In this document: positions 27,251-40,901 of the stretch, in pieces
Layout of the letters: every line of letters begins with the position of its first letter
Position numbering within the stretch: the first letter of the stretch is position 1
Source of the DNA: Guillardia theta CCMP2712
Taxonomy: Eukaryota > Protista > Cryptophyta
Reading direction: 5' to 3'
Assembly (NCBI RefSeq): GCF_000315625.1
Contig: NW_005434611.1
Location: 312,045-376,044 of the forward strand
Length of the DNA stretch: 64,000 bases
The notes under the pieces: model-generated
Databases searched by the model: none
Seen by the model: only the letters and a program-made list of their open reading frames with translations
What the model was told of the DNA's origin: nothing
Translations under genes and position numbers: made by a program

Positions 27251-27829
27251 CAACACAGAGCTCTCCTCCTCCTTTACCTCCCTCCTCCCCGGAGTTCTCT
27301 CTCCTCCTCCTTTACCTCCCTCCTCCCCGGAGTTCTCTCTCCTCCTTCTTCCTCCTAGCTCTTCCTTCTCCTCCCTCCTCCTCTCCTCCTTCCATCCGCA
27401 CCTGGTGCCCTCGCCATGGCTCCTTCCGAGGCCTCATACAGCCCCCCGGTGACGAAGGTAAATAACTACTGAGGCGCGGCGGCCCGATCCGAGTCACTGT
27501 CACGGTCCGATCGGAGAGTCACTGACGGTCACCGGGTGGCACTCAGGCCGCCAGCTCACTGAGACTACAGTAGACAGAAGTATGTAGGCTATCAGTGATA
27601 GGATTGTTGCTATGAAAGTTTGCTTGAGGGCACTTAGGAATACAATGTCTCCCCTCCCAGGAGAGGACTGGGAAACGGTTGCCCAGGTTGAAGTCATCAA
27701 AGCATCTTTTGCCATTCATGAGCATATTTTTGCAATTTAGCCTCATCCCACGCTCCGAAATTTCCGCATCCTCCACTCTCCTCCAACAAAAAACTTATGC
27801 GACAGTGCCAACAATGTTGTTGCCTCCTA

Positions 27830-29068
27830 CATGCACTTGAACGCCATGCTAGCGGAGGAGTCAGAGGAAGGAGGCGAAAGGCAACTGAAAGGAGACCTGA
27901 AGAGGGCTCGTGTATCCGATGGCAGCAATCTGACCGGATGTGCCGCTGAGAGGACGAGTAAGTATCACCACAGAACATCCTCCTCCTCCGTCTTTACCTC
28001 CCTCCGAACTGAGCATATGGCAGGGTCCCCGGGGCATTAGGGTTGAGCAGCCCGTTGTAGACTGACTCTGGCAGAGGACGAGGAGTCAGCAGCTGCTGCC
28101 GCATCACCATCTACAGACCTGCTTGCGTCTTCAACTGGTAGGGGGGCTCTCCGTCTCTTCCAACCCCGAAGGTCAAGTCGACGGGAGTTCCTCCTCCCAT
28201 GGCAAGGGCCTGCTCCACCTCAGCACGTGCGGGAAGGACGCGATTCAGGTGCTCACCTGGGTCTTGGCTGACGTACGTGCGCCGAGTTTCCCCTTGCTCG
28301 TCCCTCTCCTGCTGCTTGTCAAGATCCGGAAGCAGCAAAAACGTTGACCGAGAGACCTGGCAAGCTGCCTCTGCGATTGCACTCTGAGCTGTCGAAGAAT
28401 CGTTTGCTGCGCACGAAGCTCAATCTCGTCAAAGTTGTGAATCTGCACGTTGAGAATGTAAGATGCTCCCCACGTTCACCATCCAAGAGTAGTACCTGCT
28501 TGGTTTCAGCTCCATCTCCATATCTTGCTTGAGTTTGATTCTCCGCAGCCTCTTGCGCTACTTTGGCACCGAAGTAGATGGCAGGGGTGCACTTCAACCA
28601 ATGTCGTCCGCATGACTCCGAATCATGATTGCAGCAAACGTCCGTGTTCTGGCAATCCTTGTTCTCTACACATGACTGACCCATAAATCCATGCTTGATG
28701 ATCGGTTTGCCGCTGAAAGGATCCTTTCCGTCTAGGTAGACGCCATACCCACTGCCAACCCACGACGGACCCTGAGCCTCCTCCCTCTCAGGAGGAGGAT
28801 ACTGCAACACTTCTTTCCGCGACATGCCGGGCCAGTAGGTCGATTCCCGTTGGTCATAGAAAGGGCTCTGATGAGCGAAGTAAGCCAACGGGTGGTAGGG
28901 AGTTGCGGTCCATTCCGGGTCTTCCCTGACAAGAAACGAGGACAGAGACTGAGGAGCCATACGATCGACAAGATAGGTTGGGGAGGAAGCCCTGTAGACG
29001 ACTAAGACTACAACGAGCACTGAAAGCGATGCAGCAACGATGCTGGTCACATCTCTGTTGAACGCCAT
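27830..29068 (-). CDS. Hypothetical signal-anchored or secreted protein with a Cys-rich module
   Basis: MAFNRDVTSIVAASLSVLVVVLVVYRA; CVENKDCQNTDVCCNHDSESCGRHWLKC. The 3' exons are approximate. Confidence 0.5.
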
Positions 29069-29665
29069 CTCGCTGACTACACAACACACTCGAGTTCGTT
29101 GGGTCTGTCATCACAAATTTTCAGAGGTTCAGCATTTTACAGATTCGAATACCTTGCCAGGTTCCTGCTCACCACATCAATGCCTGTAAGAGAGCGCTGT
29201 CAGCGTCGAGACATCGCATGAGCCATCAAGAGGAAACAACAGCTGCCAGAATGGAATCGTTGACTTGGAAGTGTGATAAGCGAGATGAGGCCCATGTTGA
29301 GAGCTTTGGATTATGAAGAAATGAGAACAAACGGTGAGAAGGGCTGGCAGGAAGAGGGTATCTCCAGGAAATAAGCAAGTCCACCAGGGGAGTCAGGAGA
29401 ATGCAGAAAGCGGAAGCATAGACATGAGTGGAAAGGACAAGTCATCAAGTGGGAAAGAGAAAGTTTAGTTGAATTAACGAGGGATGGAGCAGGAAGAGGG
29501 AGAAGAAAAGGGAGGACGAAGGGGAGGTGAAGGTTTAGTTGGAGGTGGAGGTAGAGGTGGAGGTAGAGGTGGAGATGAAGGAAGTGGAGGAGGAGGAGGT
29601 GGTGGTGGTGGTAGAAGAGGAGCGCAGCATGTTAGTACAGACAGCATGAAGAGACACTCATTTCA

Positions 29666-29790
29666 CGGATACCCTCGGATACTCCCGGATACTCCCGGAT
29701 ACCCTCGGATACTCCCGGATACCCTCGGCGGATATCCTTGGATACTCCTGGATACCCTCGGCGGATACTCCCGGATACTCACTTCGGATA
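29666..29790. repeat. 10-bp tandem repeat GGATAC(C/T)C(T/C)C
   Basis: About 12 imperfect copies visible. Confidence 0.85.
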
Positions 29791-30552
29791 CGAGCACGAC
29801 TTGCTTCTATATTTGGAGTCATTTTGCGTCGATTGCTACGAGGGGGTTAAAAAAAGATCAAAGTACCCTACCCCCATGTTTGTTCTAACAATCAGCATGC
29901 CCCCTACCCCCTCTGTGCTATACCACTACTTTTCTTTAAAAAGTACCCCTCCCTAGACTAAGTCACTCCACCCCCCACCCCCTCCACCCCCCTGGTTCTC
30001 CTCCCAAATCGTTTCCAGCCCATATTTCTTCCCTCCAGGTCACTTCCAATGCAGTTTGGAGTCGCTTCGGCTCTCCCGTCCTTCCCTGCCTCCGCCTCCT
30101 TCACAACATCCCTCAGCCTGCTGCCTCTCCTCAGTCACGACGTCCTCCTCTAGACCGGAGTCCTCTAGGCTCCCATCGCTCCGGCTCTCATCGCCCCTCT
30201 TTCGCCATTTTATCTCCGTTACCTTGATAACCCCCCGCCCTCAATGTGATCGTGACGCGAAACTTCAAAACAAAAAGATTTCCTTGCATTGGGGAATGAA
30301 ACAGCGAGATAAGTGGGGTAGGGGGAGAGGGAGGGGGCAAGGTAAAGATAGTTGCATATTGACGTACTAGAAATGAGATGAAGGGCGTCTCATAGAGAGA
30401 GGAGAGAGACGAACAAGAGATCCTGATGTTGCCTTGCAGCTCCTCGGGACTGAGATGAGACGAAAGAAGATCAAGTTATGACAAGCAGAAGCTGAACGGA
30501 AGGTTTCAACTGATTCAACGAGAGTCTACTCGAGACGGACCAAAAATTAGTC

Positions 30553-32241
30553 ATGGGCTCCAACAACATCGTCAAAGTTGCTCTGGTCGTCATGTTAGTG
30601 CTTGCGACTCCAGGTGAGTGCGTTGTTGTGAGCATATATTGCATATCCCCTCACCTGATATCCCTCAACTCCTCTTTGCTCGTGTTGTCGCTCTTGAACA
30701 TGACAGTTTCTTGTTTCACTCTATACTGACAGGCTTCTCCACGGCCATTCCCGATGATCTTCATGGTCTCGCCGATCGCTGGGAGCAGTTCGCGAAGGGT
30801 TCGTCCACTGCGCTGCAGCGAACAAACTTCGGCGTGGTAGAGCATGACGGTCAAATTGCCATCTTTGGAGGCCAGAGACCGACGGGGAATGGTGCGATTT
30901 ACCTCAACGACCTCTGGACGTTGCAGAGTGGTGGAGAGTTCAGTAACGTTGAATGCTGCGGGTGGTTGCCGAGAATGAAATTCGCGTATGCCGTTCACAT
31001 AGTCAACGGAACAAGAACTCTCTTTGTCATCGGCGGCTACAGTTACAACGGAAACGTCCCCTTCTTCTACAGCGACGTCTGGGCGACGTCAGATTTTGCC
31101 AGGTTCTCCTTCGTCCAGTTGAGTCCTACAGGCTTCTTGCCTCCCTGCTCCGGCTGCGTCGCAGTATCCTTCAAGAGCTACCTCTTCCTCATCGGCGGTT
31201 GCTACAGCAGCGACAACAGCTGCGCCACCATGGTCACACAGATCTACTACTCCTCGGATGGTTCGGGCTGGCAGAAGGCAATTTCAGATTTGGACGCCAT
31301 CACGCTTTGGGAAAACTCGAAACCTGACAATGTCATGGCGGCTGTGAACGGAGAGGACCTGGTCCTCGTGCAGTACAACAGCAACGGCAACGAAGTGTGG
31401 AGCTTGTCGTGGGATGAAAGAACGAAGAGGTTGAACATCGGAGCAGGTTCCATAGGAACGATCTCTTCCAGCAATGGGGGTGCTAAATTCTCTGCCGTCT
31501 TTCTGTCCTTGTTCTCAAACCTCTGGCTCCTTACTGGCAACACCTTCTCATCCACCAGCTCCTCCTACATTGTTTACAGCTCCGACAGCGGAGGATCTTG
31601 GGCCACGGACAGCACCCAGGACCAGCAACAGCAGCAGCTGCTCATGAGGGAACGAGCAGCAGGCATCGTGTGGAACAAACGGCTGTGCGTGCTCGGGGGA
31701 AGAACCTATTCGAACAGCGTCCTCTCGAACATGTGGTGTTCAGTACCGCCCAAATTCCCTGCTCCTTCTCTCTCTATCGTAGATCCGCCCTCGCAAGACG
31801 GTTGGTTCTCAAGTCCAGTCAAGGCATCCATCCGGACCGGAACAATCCCATCGGAGTCTTGTGCTGAGGTGCCTCCTCCTTCTCTCCCCCGATCTATCTC
31901 CCTCTACTTTCTCGCACCCCTCCCTCTGCTCGCTTCCTCTCTCCCTCCTCCGCCTTGCTTGTGCTGCATCCCTTGGTGCCTCGACCTGAGATTTGATTCA
32001 GATACGATTTCAAGTCACCACAGCTCAAAGTCCTGCTCCTCCTACTCCTCAAAACATCCTCTACTCCTCCTCCTTCAACATCGACCTTGGGGGGCTTGAC
32101 AGCCAGGCCATGTACGTCTACATGCAGGTGAACTCGGAAGAAGCAGGAGAAAGGAGAAAGGGATGGAAGAGGAAGAGGACGAGGACGAGGACAACGACGG
32201 GGAGGGAGGGAGAAGGGAAGGGGAGGAGCAGGAGTGTGGAT

Positions 32242-32273
<32 letters not shown>

Positions 32274-35200
32274 TCTTCTAAATTGCCTTCAGGTCACCTT
32301 CCCCTGCTCCGAGGGCTTCACGGCCTCGGACGTCTCCTCGACTCCCATCAATGTGATGCAGAAGCTGAGTAGCCCCTCCTGCTCCCCGAAGGGCTCGATC
32401 TCGGTGAAGGGAAGTGCAACAGCGACAGCCGAGCTTCTCTGCCAGACCAACGCAGCTGAAGTGACTGTGAGCTACTCCTACTCTGGAGATGCGAACACAC
32501 TGCGGAACTCCAACTCCCCTGCCAGCCTTGTCCTCGTCGACGGAGCTTCCACTGTCAAGGTCTGCCGTCTGACATGCTTTACAAGCATCTGATGATTTGT
32601 TGCTTCTCTCTCCTACCCACACTCCTCCCTTCCTCACCCCATCCATCCCCTCTGCTTTCTGAACCTTCTCTCCACTACTATCTTCTCCTCCTGGGCTCCT
32701 CCCCCCCATTGACTCCTCCTCCTCCTGGACTCCTGCTGGCCTCCTTCCCAACCTCCTCCCCCCCCTCTCAGGTTTCCTGTAAGGCTCCTCACTGGGTGGA
32801 CAGCGACGAAGTCTCTTTCTCCTTCACCGTCACGAGGGAGGCAGGGGAGGCGCCGAAAGGATCAACTTCCTCCTCCTACACCACCACGAGAGCCTCTAGC
32901 CCCATCGAGTCCACTCCTTCCCCCTCCCCCTCCCTCCCCCCGCAGTCTCCCTCCGTCTCCTTCCACAGCTTCTGCTGCGACCAGACGTGCAGGTCTACCT
33001 GCTTGCTGCAGACAGCGCAAGACGTCGTCCTGCACCTTCAAGGTTCCAACCTCAACAGGGTCGAGGACGTCAGGGTCGGTGGGCGAGCGTGCGGGAGGGT
33101 AGGGGAGGCAGCAGCCATCAGTCTTGTTTGCATCTTCGCCCCTGGGCTGGGAGAGGAGCAGGTGACGGTGGGATGGACCGACAGCGGCGAGACCCGGACC
33201 CTGCAAGTCGCCCGCATCGTCTACCCTGCTCCTGTCGCTGCCCTCCTCGCCTTCTCCTCCGCCCCCCCCTGCACAGGCGCCACCGTCACCATCTCAGGCT
33301 CCAACTTCGGTTCGCTCCTAGCTGGCCACGTCTTCGAGGGCGTCGCCTCCACCTTCCTCGGTCATGAAGTTCGCGGGATGGTGGGAGCCAGCTGGGCTAG
33401 GCAGGTCATGTGGGTCGCCGACTCGTCTGTTCTCGTCATGGCACCACCTGGAGCAGGAGCCCAGCTGCGAGTCCAGCTGTTCTTAGGTGAGGATGCCGAG
33501 TTACAAGAAATAGGACGAGGGGCAAAGATAGAGAGGAGCAGAAGGGAGGCGAAGAGGAAAGGGGAGGAGCAGGAGGAGCAGGAGGAGCAGAAGGAGCAGG
33601 AGGAGCAGGAGGAGCAGGAGGAGCAGGAGGAGCAGGAGGAGCAGGAAGACTGAGTGTATGCAGATGGAGTGGGCGTGGTGCAGCAAGCTTCCAGCTCGCA
33701 TCAGTTCAGCTACTCTCCTCCTCGCATCTCGTCTGTCAGGCCCTCGATAGGAGGAGCAGAAGGCGCCATGCTGGTCACTTTGACGGGAGTCAACTTCGGT
33801 TGCACCGCCCCTGACCCTCCTGCTGTTCTCCTCGGCCCTCAGGCTTGCAAGGTTGCCTCCTCCCTTCCTGACCACCAGCACTTCTCTTGGCCCTCCTCAT
33901 CATCATGATCATCATAAGCAGCAGCAGCAGCAGCAACACCAACACCAACACAACCTCCTCCTAAACCACCACCACCACCACCACCACCAACATTCTCCTC
34001 CTCCTCCTCCTCCTCCTCCTCCTCCTCCTCCTCCTCCTCCTCCTCCTCCTCCTCCTCCTCCTCCTCCTCCTCCTCTTCTCCTCTCATCTCTGCTCTCCCT
34101 CATCGTCTCCTGCTTCCCTCACCTCCGATTCACCATATCCTATCCTTGAAGCACATTTCTCACCCTCCTTCGTCTTCTTGATCCTCTTCCCCTCTCCTTG
34201 TTTGACATGATGTCAGTCCGTCACTCGTATCAGCGACAATCAGATCATTTGCCTGTCGCCTCCCAGGAATCAAAGTATTCAATCAACAAGCGTGAATGTC
34301 GAGGTGAAGATTGTTTGACCTGCAATATTCTCATCTCATATTCTCCCTCCCTCCCTCTCTCCCTCCCTCCGTTCAGGTACAAGTAGCGGGTCAGTCAGCT
34401 GTCTCCCCGAGCTCCTACCTCTATGTAGCAGCTTCGCAACCTGTCACCATCTTCTTCTCATCCCTTACAGAGGTGAGCAAAGTTCGGACTTCTCCTCCTC
34501 CTTTACCTCCTCCGTTACCTCCTCCTTTACCTCCTCTCTTACCTCCTCCTCCTCCTTTACCTCCTCCTCCTCCTCCTTTACCTCCTCCTTTACCTCCTAC
34601 TCCTCCTCCTCCTCCTCCTCCTCCTTCACCTTCTCCTCCTCCTCCTCCTTTACCTCCTCCTTTAACTTCTCCTCCTCCTCCTCCTCCTCCTCCTTTACCT
34701 TCTCCTGCATCTGCTCCTCCTCCTCCTTTACCTCCTCCATCTCCTTTACCTCCTCCTTTACCTCCTTTACCTCTTTTACCTCCTCCTTGATTTGGTCCTC
34801 CTCATATTGCCAATCTACCTCCTCTCCTGGTCCTTTAACGCACAGACTCTAGGAGCAAGTCAAGAAGTTTATCCTGTTCCTATCGTCAAGGTTGAACGCA
34901 TTGTCTGTCGATCAAGTACGAGAGAGATGGAGCGAGCAAAAAGATTGATNNNNNNNNNNNNNNNNNNNNNNNNNNNNNNNNNNNNNNNNNNNNNNNNNNN
35001 NNNNNNNNNNNNNNNNNNNNNNNNNNNNNNNNNNNNNNNNNNNNNNNNNNNNNNNNNNNNNNNNNNNNNNNNNNNNNNNNNNNNNNNNNNNNNNNNNNNN
35101 NNNNNNNNNNNNNNNNNNNNNNNNNNNNNNNNNNNNNNNNNNNNNNNNNNNNNNNNNNNNNNNNNNNNNNNNNNNNNCCCTCCTCCTCCTCCTCCTCCTC

Positions 35201-36288
35201 CTCCTCCTCCTCCTCCTCCTCCTCCTCCTCCTCCTCCTCCTTCGCCTGCTCCTCTGATGTCCCGCAGGGAACGTTCAGTGACTCAGGGCTTCAAGTTACG
35301 GTGATTTTTCCTCCCTTTCCTCCTCTTCCTCCTCGCACTCTCCTCGTCTCATCAAATTTTCCTCGCTCTATCTCACCTTCGCCTCTTTCCCCTTACTTCC
35401 TTCACCTGCTCATCCCAGGAGCTCCTCCTTCCTTCCGGTGAGCGCATCGTCATCAATTCCTCGGCCAACACCCTGCCCTCGACCCCAGCAGGTACTCCAG
35501 CTCTCCCCTACCAGCAGGTGGGTGACGCACGTCCCACCAGGGGCTCCAGGAGGCAGTTCGAAGCTCCCGAGCTCGCAGATCGCCGTCATAGTCTGCGCTG
35601 TCATCGTCATCGTCTGCAGCTTCTGCTACCTCGCTCCCCGCCTTCGCAGCCGCCTCTTCCCCCCCCGCCAGTCTCACCCCAACTTCTCCCCCAACGTCGT
35701 CTTTGCCCAGTCTGAGCTCGCAGACGGACTGCCTTCCATCCGAGTCGTCAGCGCCGACTCGGTCAGCTGGATGTACAGCAGGGAGGAGGAGGTGGGAAGG
35801 TGCGAGCACTGCCAGCGCTCAGGCTTCCGCGTCTGCATCCACCGGACCATGAAGTCCATGTGGGAGGAAGTCGATGTTCAGCTTCCTCCTTCCGACGACA
35901 TTGACGAAGAACTCTGCGTCGTCTGCCTCGACCGCCCTCGGTACGCCTTCCTTCCCCCCCCCCCCCCCCCCTCCGTTCTCCTAGCTCCATTCCTCCTCGT
36001 CGTTGTCCTCTTCATTGTCCTCCTTGTTCTGCGAGGATCTTCCTCCTGCTCCTCCTCCTGCTCCTCCTGCCGCTGCATCTCACTCCTAGCAAGGAACGTC
36101 ATCATCGTGCACGGAAACGAGGAGAAGACCCTGCACAAGGTGAGAACTCAGTGCTGGCTGCCTGCTGGGTATGGTCGGAGCTGACTAGAGGAGCCCAGGT
36201 CACTTGCTCTCAGTGCACTCAGAGGATCCGGGAGGCCGGCGGGCCCTGCCCGATGTGCCGGCAGCCCATCTTCGACGTCCTCGAGTGA
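30553..36288 (+). CDS. Receptor-like type I membrane protein: signal peptide, Kelch repeats, beta-sandwich/IPT-TIG domains, S/P stalk, TM, cytoplasmic MDM2-type RING
   Basis: MGSNNIVKVALVVMLVLATP|GFSTA; Kelch-like repeats (IAIFGG..LNDLW, LFVIGG..YSDVW, LFLIGG, LCVLGG..LSNMW); TIG-like motifs (LQGSNL..VRVGGRAC, VTISGSNFG, FSYSPPRISSVRP..VTLTGVNFG); TM IAVIVCAVIVIVCSFCYLA; RING CVVCLDRPR|NVIIVHG..LHK|VTCSQC..CPMCRQPI. The N gap at 34950-35177 lies inside the model. Confidence 0.75.
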
Positions 36289-37209
36289 CCCCTCCTGTAC
36301 ACTACCAGCCCATGTATATAAACTTGATGCCCTCATCTTTACTCAAAGTTAAGTCAAAAATCAGTACGAGGCCAATTAGGAGAGTACTAGGCTGCCACGG
36401 TCGCACAGGCCATACGGCGAGAAGCCTGAGAAAAGATCGGTACGGTCAGTGAGAACCAACCCCGTGATCCTGCCCTGGTGAACCGTTCAGTTCTGTCCCC
36501 CAAACTTACTATGTGACTGATACCTCGCGCACGTCCCGAGTTCGTTTCCCCGCGGCCATGCCAGCGATGTCGCTGCGGCCGGTCAGTACCGTGACGCCTC
36601 CCCCGTAGCCCCCGGCCTCTAGACCGGAATCCTGCTGCTGTACTTTAGTCAAAGTGAGGTTAAAAATCAGTACGAGCAGGAGCCGCCCACATGCTCGGAA
36701 ACTTCCGAAGTTCGGCACTGGCTTGATCCGCACGGGCCGTTATCGCTGTGACTGTGACCCCCGGGGGATCGGGACAGAGACGGTCTGACTGACAGCTGGG
36801 GGAGTGACAGCGACTGAAGACTCTCCGAGTCAGCAGCCCAGTGACGTGACCTGTGGTAAAGTCCTCGACAGTTTTCGTACCTCAGGTACCCCTACCTCAC
36901 AAAGATGTCCTTACCCTTACCCCTCTATATACACATTTTCTCTAGTAAGTGGCTAAGTAATTAAGGATACCCTAACACCCTCTGGATCATGACAAGGCAC
37001 CCCCTACCCTCCCCAGGCCACAAACCGCCCCCTTCTAACCCTTACATGAAGGAGGATCTTTTTAAAGTTCCGTGTTTCTCTCTTTTCATAGAGCTTCTCC
37101 TTCTTCTCTACCTCCCTCCCCTTGTACTCCCGCAGTTGTCCCATCTCCACCTCCGAGAAACCTTCGACTATGTGTCGTCAAACAGTCTGTGTCGACTGCA
37201 GTGTTTTGC

Positions 37210-37763
37210 ATGAGAGCGCTCAGGCCTCGACAGCGATTGAACATTGCTTTCCCTCCCTTGCAGGCAGCGAGGAAGCACAAGACCAGGACGATACGTCATC
37301 CAGCCCGCAGCAGCAGGAGACGGGCACCACCGCAGACATGGAAGCCAAGAGCAGCAACCTTGGCTGGACCTTGAGGAAGCAGGTGGAAGCACTGCTGCAC
37401 GCGATGGCATATATCAAGATGCTACAGACTCAGAAAGGAGGCAGCGTGGACGGGACGAGGCTGCCCTGCCTGACTAGAATGAGAAAGAGGTAATGCTCAA
37501 CCTTGTTGAAATGCAGTATACCAGATGAATCTACTTGAATGGAATGAGCATGTGTTCCCTTCTCCTGTGCACTTTTCCCCCATCGCTCCCCGGCCCCTCT
37601 CCTCCTCCATCAAGTTGCGAAACTCGTTACCTCAAAACATTCTGCACCTGCCACAACCAGCAAACCCGTTCTGATGAACATCATTGACGCATCTGAGAGC
37701 ATCAAGTTTCATCACGCTGGTAGCAGCGTATCAGAGCAGAACCTGAAGACAAATCTGACATAA
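37210..37763 (+). CDS. Small hypothetical protein (weak bHLH helix-2-like segment)
   Basis: KQVEALLHAMAYIKMLQ, with plausible introns on either side. Confidence 0.25.
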
Positions 37764-38375
37764 CACGGTTGATCATGTGGAAGACAGGGTGGACTTGAAA
37801 CTCCTCCCAGGGTCAATCACCTCAGGATTGGGTCCGACTTTCAAGACAAAAATCTGATTTGCAAAGTCTTGCATCCGATATTTTCCTTACCTCCGAGTCG
37901 GACCGTGACTATTCCAACACTGTGATCCGAGGCTTCAGTGACGCCGCACACTCTCAGACATCGGGGTGACTGCCGAGTCAAGAGGATGGAACTTAGTCGG
38001 ATCTCAAGTTGCAGCCGCGCCGCAGCCTCCGCAGACTCCTGTGACTCTTGGATGCCATGATGAGGAGTCCGGCCGCATCCGGGGCCGGACTCCGGGACTG
38101 AGCCCGGCGGGCTGGGGCACGATACTATGATTCGTTTGAAGTTAAATGAATGCTCAGGTATCGACTCCGATCTCTCAGAGTTACCCAAAGCAGCAGCGAC
38201 GGTACTACAGTGCCGCCCGCCGACGGCCCGGGACCGGCCCGGCCGCGACCGGCGCCGGGCGGGCGCCGCCGTGACGGGCGGCCGTGTGAGCGGATCGGGC
38301 CGCCGGGCCCGGCAGAGCCTGTGAGTGACTGGTTGCAACCCGCCTCATCGTCCCGCGTCCCGCTTCAGGCCCGCC

Positions 38376-39161
38376 ATGGGTGCGGAACAGAGCGCAGAGG
38401 GCGGCGGAGGCGGCGGAGGCGGCGGACTCGCAGCTGGTGAGTGCGAGGAGGATGAAGAAACTCTTTGCTAGAGCTGCAACAATCCTGAGAGAGTAAGGAG
38501 AGCGAACGAGGTTCACTTGCTGGTAGTGGAAACAATAAATGCTTCGAGTCAGATAGTAGACAAGTTTAGTTGGGAGTTGGAGTTAGGTGGTGAAGTTGAA
38601 ATGAAGTCTAGGATGTATTAGGTCCCATTTCATCTTGTATGTGCTCGTGATGCGCTTCTTTCAGAAATCTTGAGGTTGCAAGCAGCGAAGAGAGGCGGAT
38701 GGCTAAGCGAGGAGGAGTTCGACGAAGAGGTAAAACGCGTCATCAGGGATTTCAATGGCGAGAGTAGAGAACCTGCCTACGACTTTGACCGAGTCATGGA
38801 GGTGATGGAAGACGAAGCGCAAATGGCTGAATGGGAGGCTCGTTATGGTAGCGGGGCACATGAACAAGCAGAAACTCAAGGAGGTCAACCTTTGCAGGAC
38901 GAAACGCAACAGAAGCACGACGGGCTTGTGGAGCTAGATCTAACGGGAGGAGAAGCGCTGCAAAGCGACATGAATCAAGCTCATGAGAACGAGAGCTCGC
39001 AAAAGCCTGCCGAAATATCCGTGGACACCCCTGATGAAGACAGAACATCTCCCACCCACGACGAGTCGCTCAGCAAATCTCCAAGCACCCCGATAGCCAA
39101 GAATGTTCCACCTTCAGATGAGATCGCAACTTTCCTCTCGCCAGATCCAAATGAGTCATAG
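38376..39161 (+). CDS. Hypothetical acidic protein with N-myristoylation motif; 2 exons
   Basis: MGAEQS.. exon with a phase-1 GTGAG donor splices in frame to TTCAG|AA ATC TTG AGG (EILRLQAAKRGG..). Confidence 0.6.
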
Positions 39162-39354
39162 GGGCTGTATGTTAACTCTTCCTCGCTCCAACAAGTGAAC
39201 CGTCTTATCTCCGAGTTTTATTAAGAAGCTTCTTCGTGCGACTCTACTTGCTGTTTGACGGCTATGCAGGCCTCTGACACTTCTCGGTTCACAAGTTAGG
39301 AATAGGAGGGAGGAGAAGGATGACTCTTCTCCTTTGCTTCACACTTTAGAGGTC

Positions 39355-40901
39355 TCACTTCACTTCACGTCCGCGGGGATCCATGGGCCACCTGTACCAG
39401 AATGTCACCTCCCTTATTTCCTCATCGGCAAGTGCGCTACCTTTGGCCGCTGCTGCTCTCAGCCGTCGCTCACGGCGCTGTCAAAGAGGACGCACGGTCA
39501 CAGACGCAACAAGCACAAGGAAGTACTGGCACCTGTCTCTCCTCAATCCGCACCTTCTCGACTTGCGCTCTCTCAACCTCACCGTTGACCAGCGCATTTC
39601 TGTCCTCCCTGTCCAACACGTCAGAGCAGTCCATGGGTGCAGTCCCGGAGTCCTGACCTGAATCGGGAGTCTGAAGGCAGACACTTCTCAAGAGGATCGA
39701 ACACAGGGTCTCGTCCTGTGTTCGAGGAGATGTCCCAATACCTATGCCCGTTGAAGTCCAAAAAGCCCAGGAAAGAGCCCTCAACGTTACAGATGGAATT
39801 TATGATCTCGCCTTGTGCATCAAGTCGGTTGATAGACCCAATGAAAGTATCTGAAGGCAGCCCCTTGCACGGGTTCAGCTCGATAGTGCAGCTGATAGAG
39901 TTCTTCGTGTCCAAGAACGTGTATCCCCCCAGCACCTCTTGAATGACATCACCCCAGTAAACGTTGTTGTATCTGTCCATCGTGAAGCCAACCTCGATGG
40001 TGGTCCCGTCAGGAAACTGACACATTCGGATGCCCGACTGCTTCACATACAGCTTGTTGTAGCCGAATGAGGCCTCGTAGGTTGACCATCCGATATACTG
40101 GAAACTGTTGTTGGGTCCAACGACTTGCCATGAGGTTACTGGGGGGTGATGACTGGTCTGCTCCAAGTAGAGTCTTACTCCACCATCAAAACTTGCTTGC
40201 AGAGTCTCTCCCAGCGTCGGATTGAAGGGCTTGACAAACTGGGAAGTCGTATGGATACAAGCAATGAAGCAAGCAGTCACATGCTTTAGACGCTCGACAG
40301 GATCTGTTTCCATTGCAGCTCGAGACAGGTAATGCGGACAGAAGCAAAACTGATATGCCGCACACTCAAGAATCGTCCTGGGCTGACAGCAGCGTACGGG
40401 GAAGGTGACTGACAGCAGGTTCTGACCGGAAAGGAGCTTCCTTCCCATCTGCTTCACAACTTCGGCAACGACGCTCCTGCTGACTTTGATCCCCTCATAG
40501 TCTGTGTTGATCAGTCCTCCATTGGGATGAGCCAGCTTGTGTCGACACTTCATCACTTTTTCTAGCAGGCGCTCCACATCCGAATCCTTCATGCGATCTT
40601 TGGAACGACCCGCAAGCTTCTTGGCGCTGTTCCAGAGCCCTCTCAAAGACTTTCCCGCCATCTTCCGAAAACCGGATCTCTCAGCCGAGAGCTTCTCATG
40701 ATGCTTGTCTTCAATGCCAATGTCATCAGATATGTCGACGTAATCATTCGAGTTTTCTTCTTCTTCTGGGTTTGCCTCCACGCACATTCCTCGAAGTGCT
40801 TCCTCCACTTCGTCTTCATTTTCTTCACCATTAAATACACCGTCAAGAACGATCTCGTCATCCTTGACCTGGTTGCGCTGTGGCATCACGGTTGTGGCCA
40901 T
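39355..40901 (-). CDS. Oxysterol-binding protein-related protein (ORD only, acidic N-terminus)
   Basis: LLSVTFPV, DPVERLK, KPFNPTLGET, LEQTSHHPP, LPSDSRFR|ED, EKVRIEERQ|RRERR. Confidence 0.93.
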
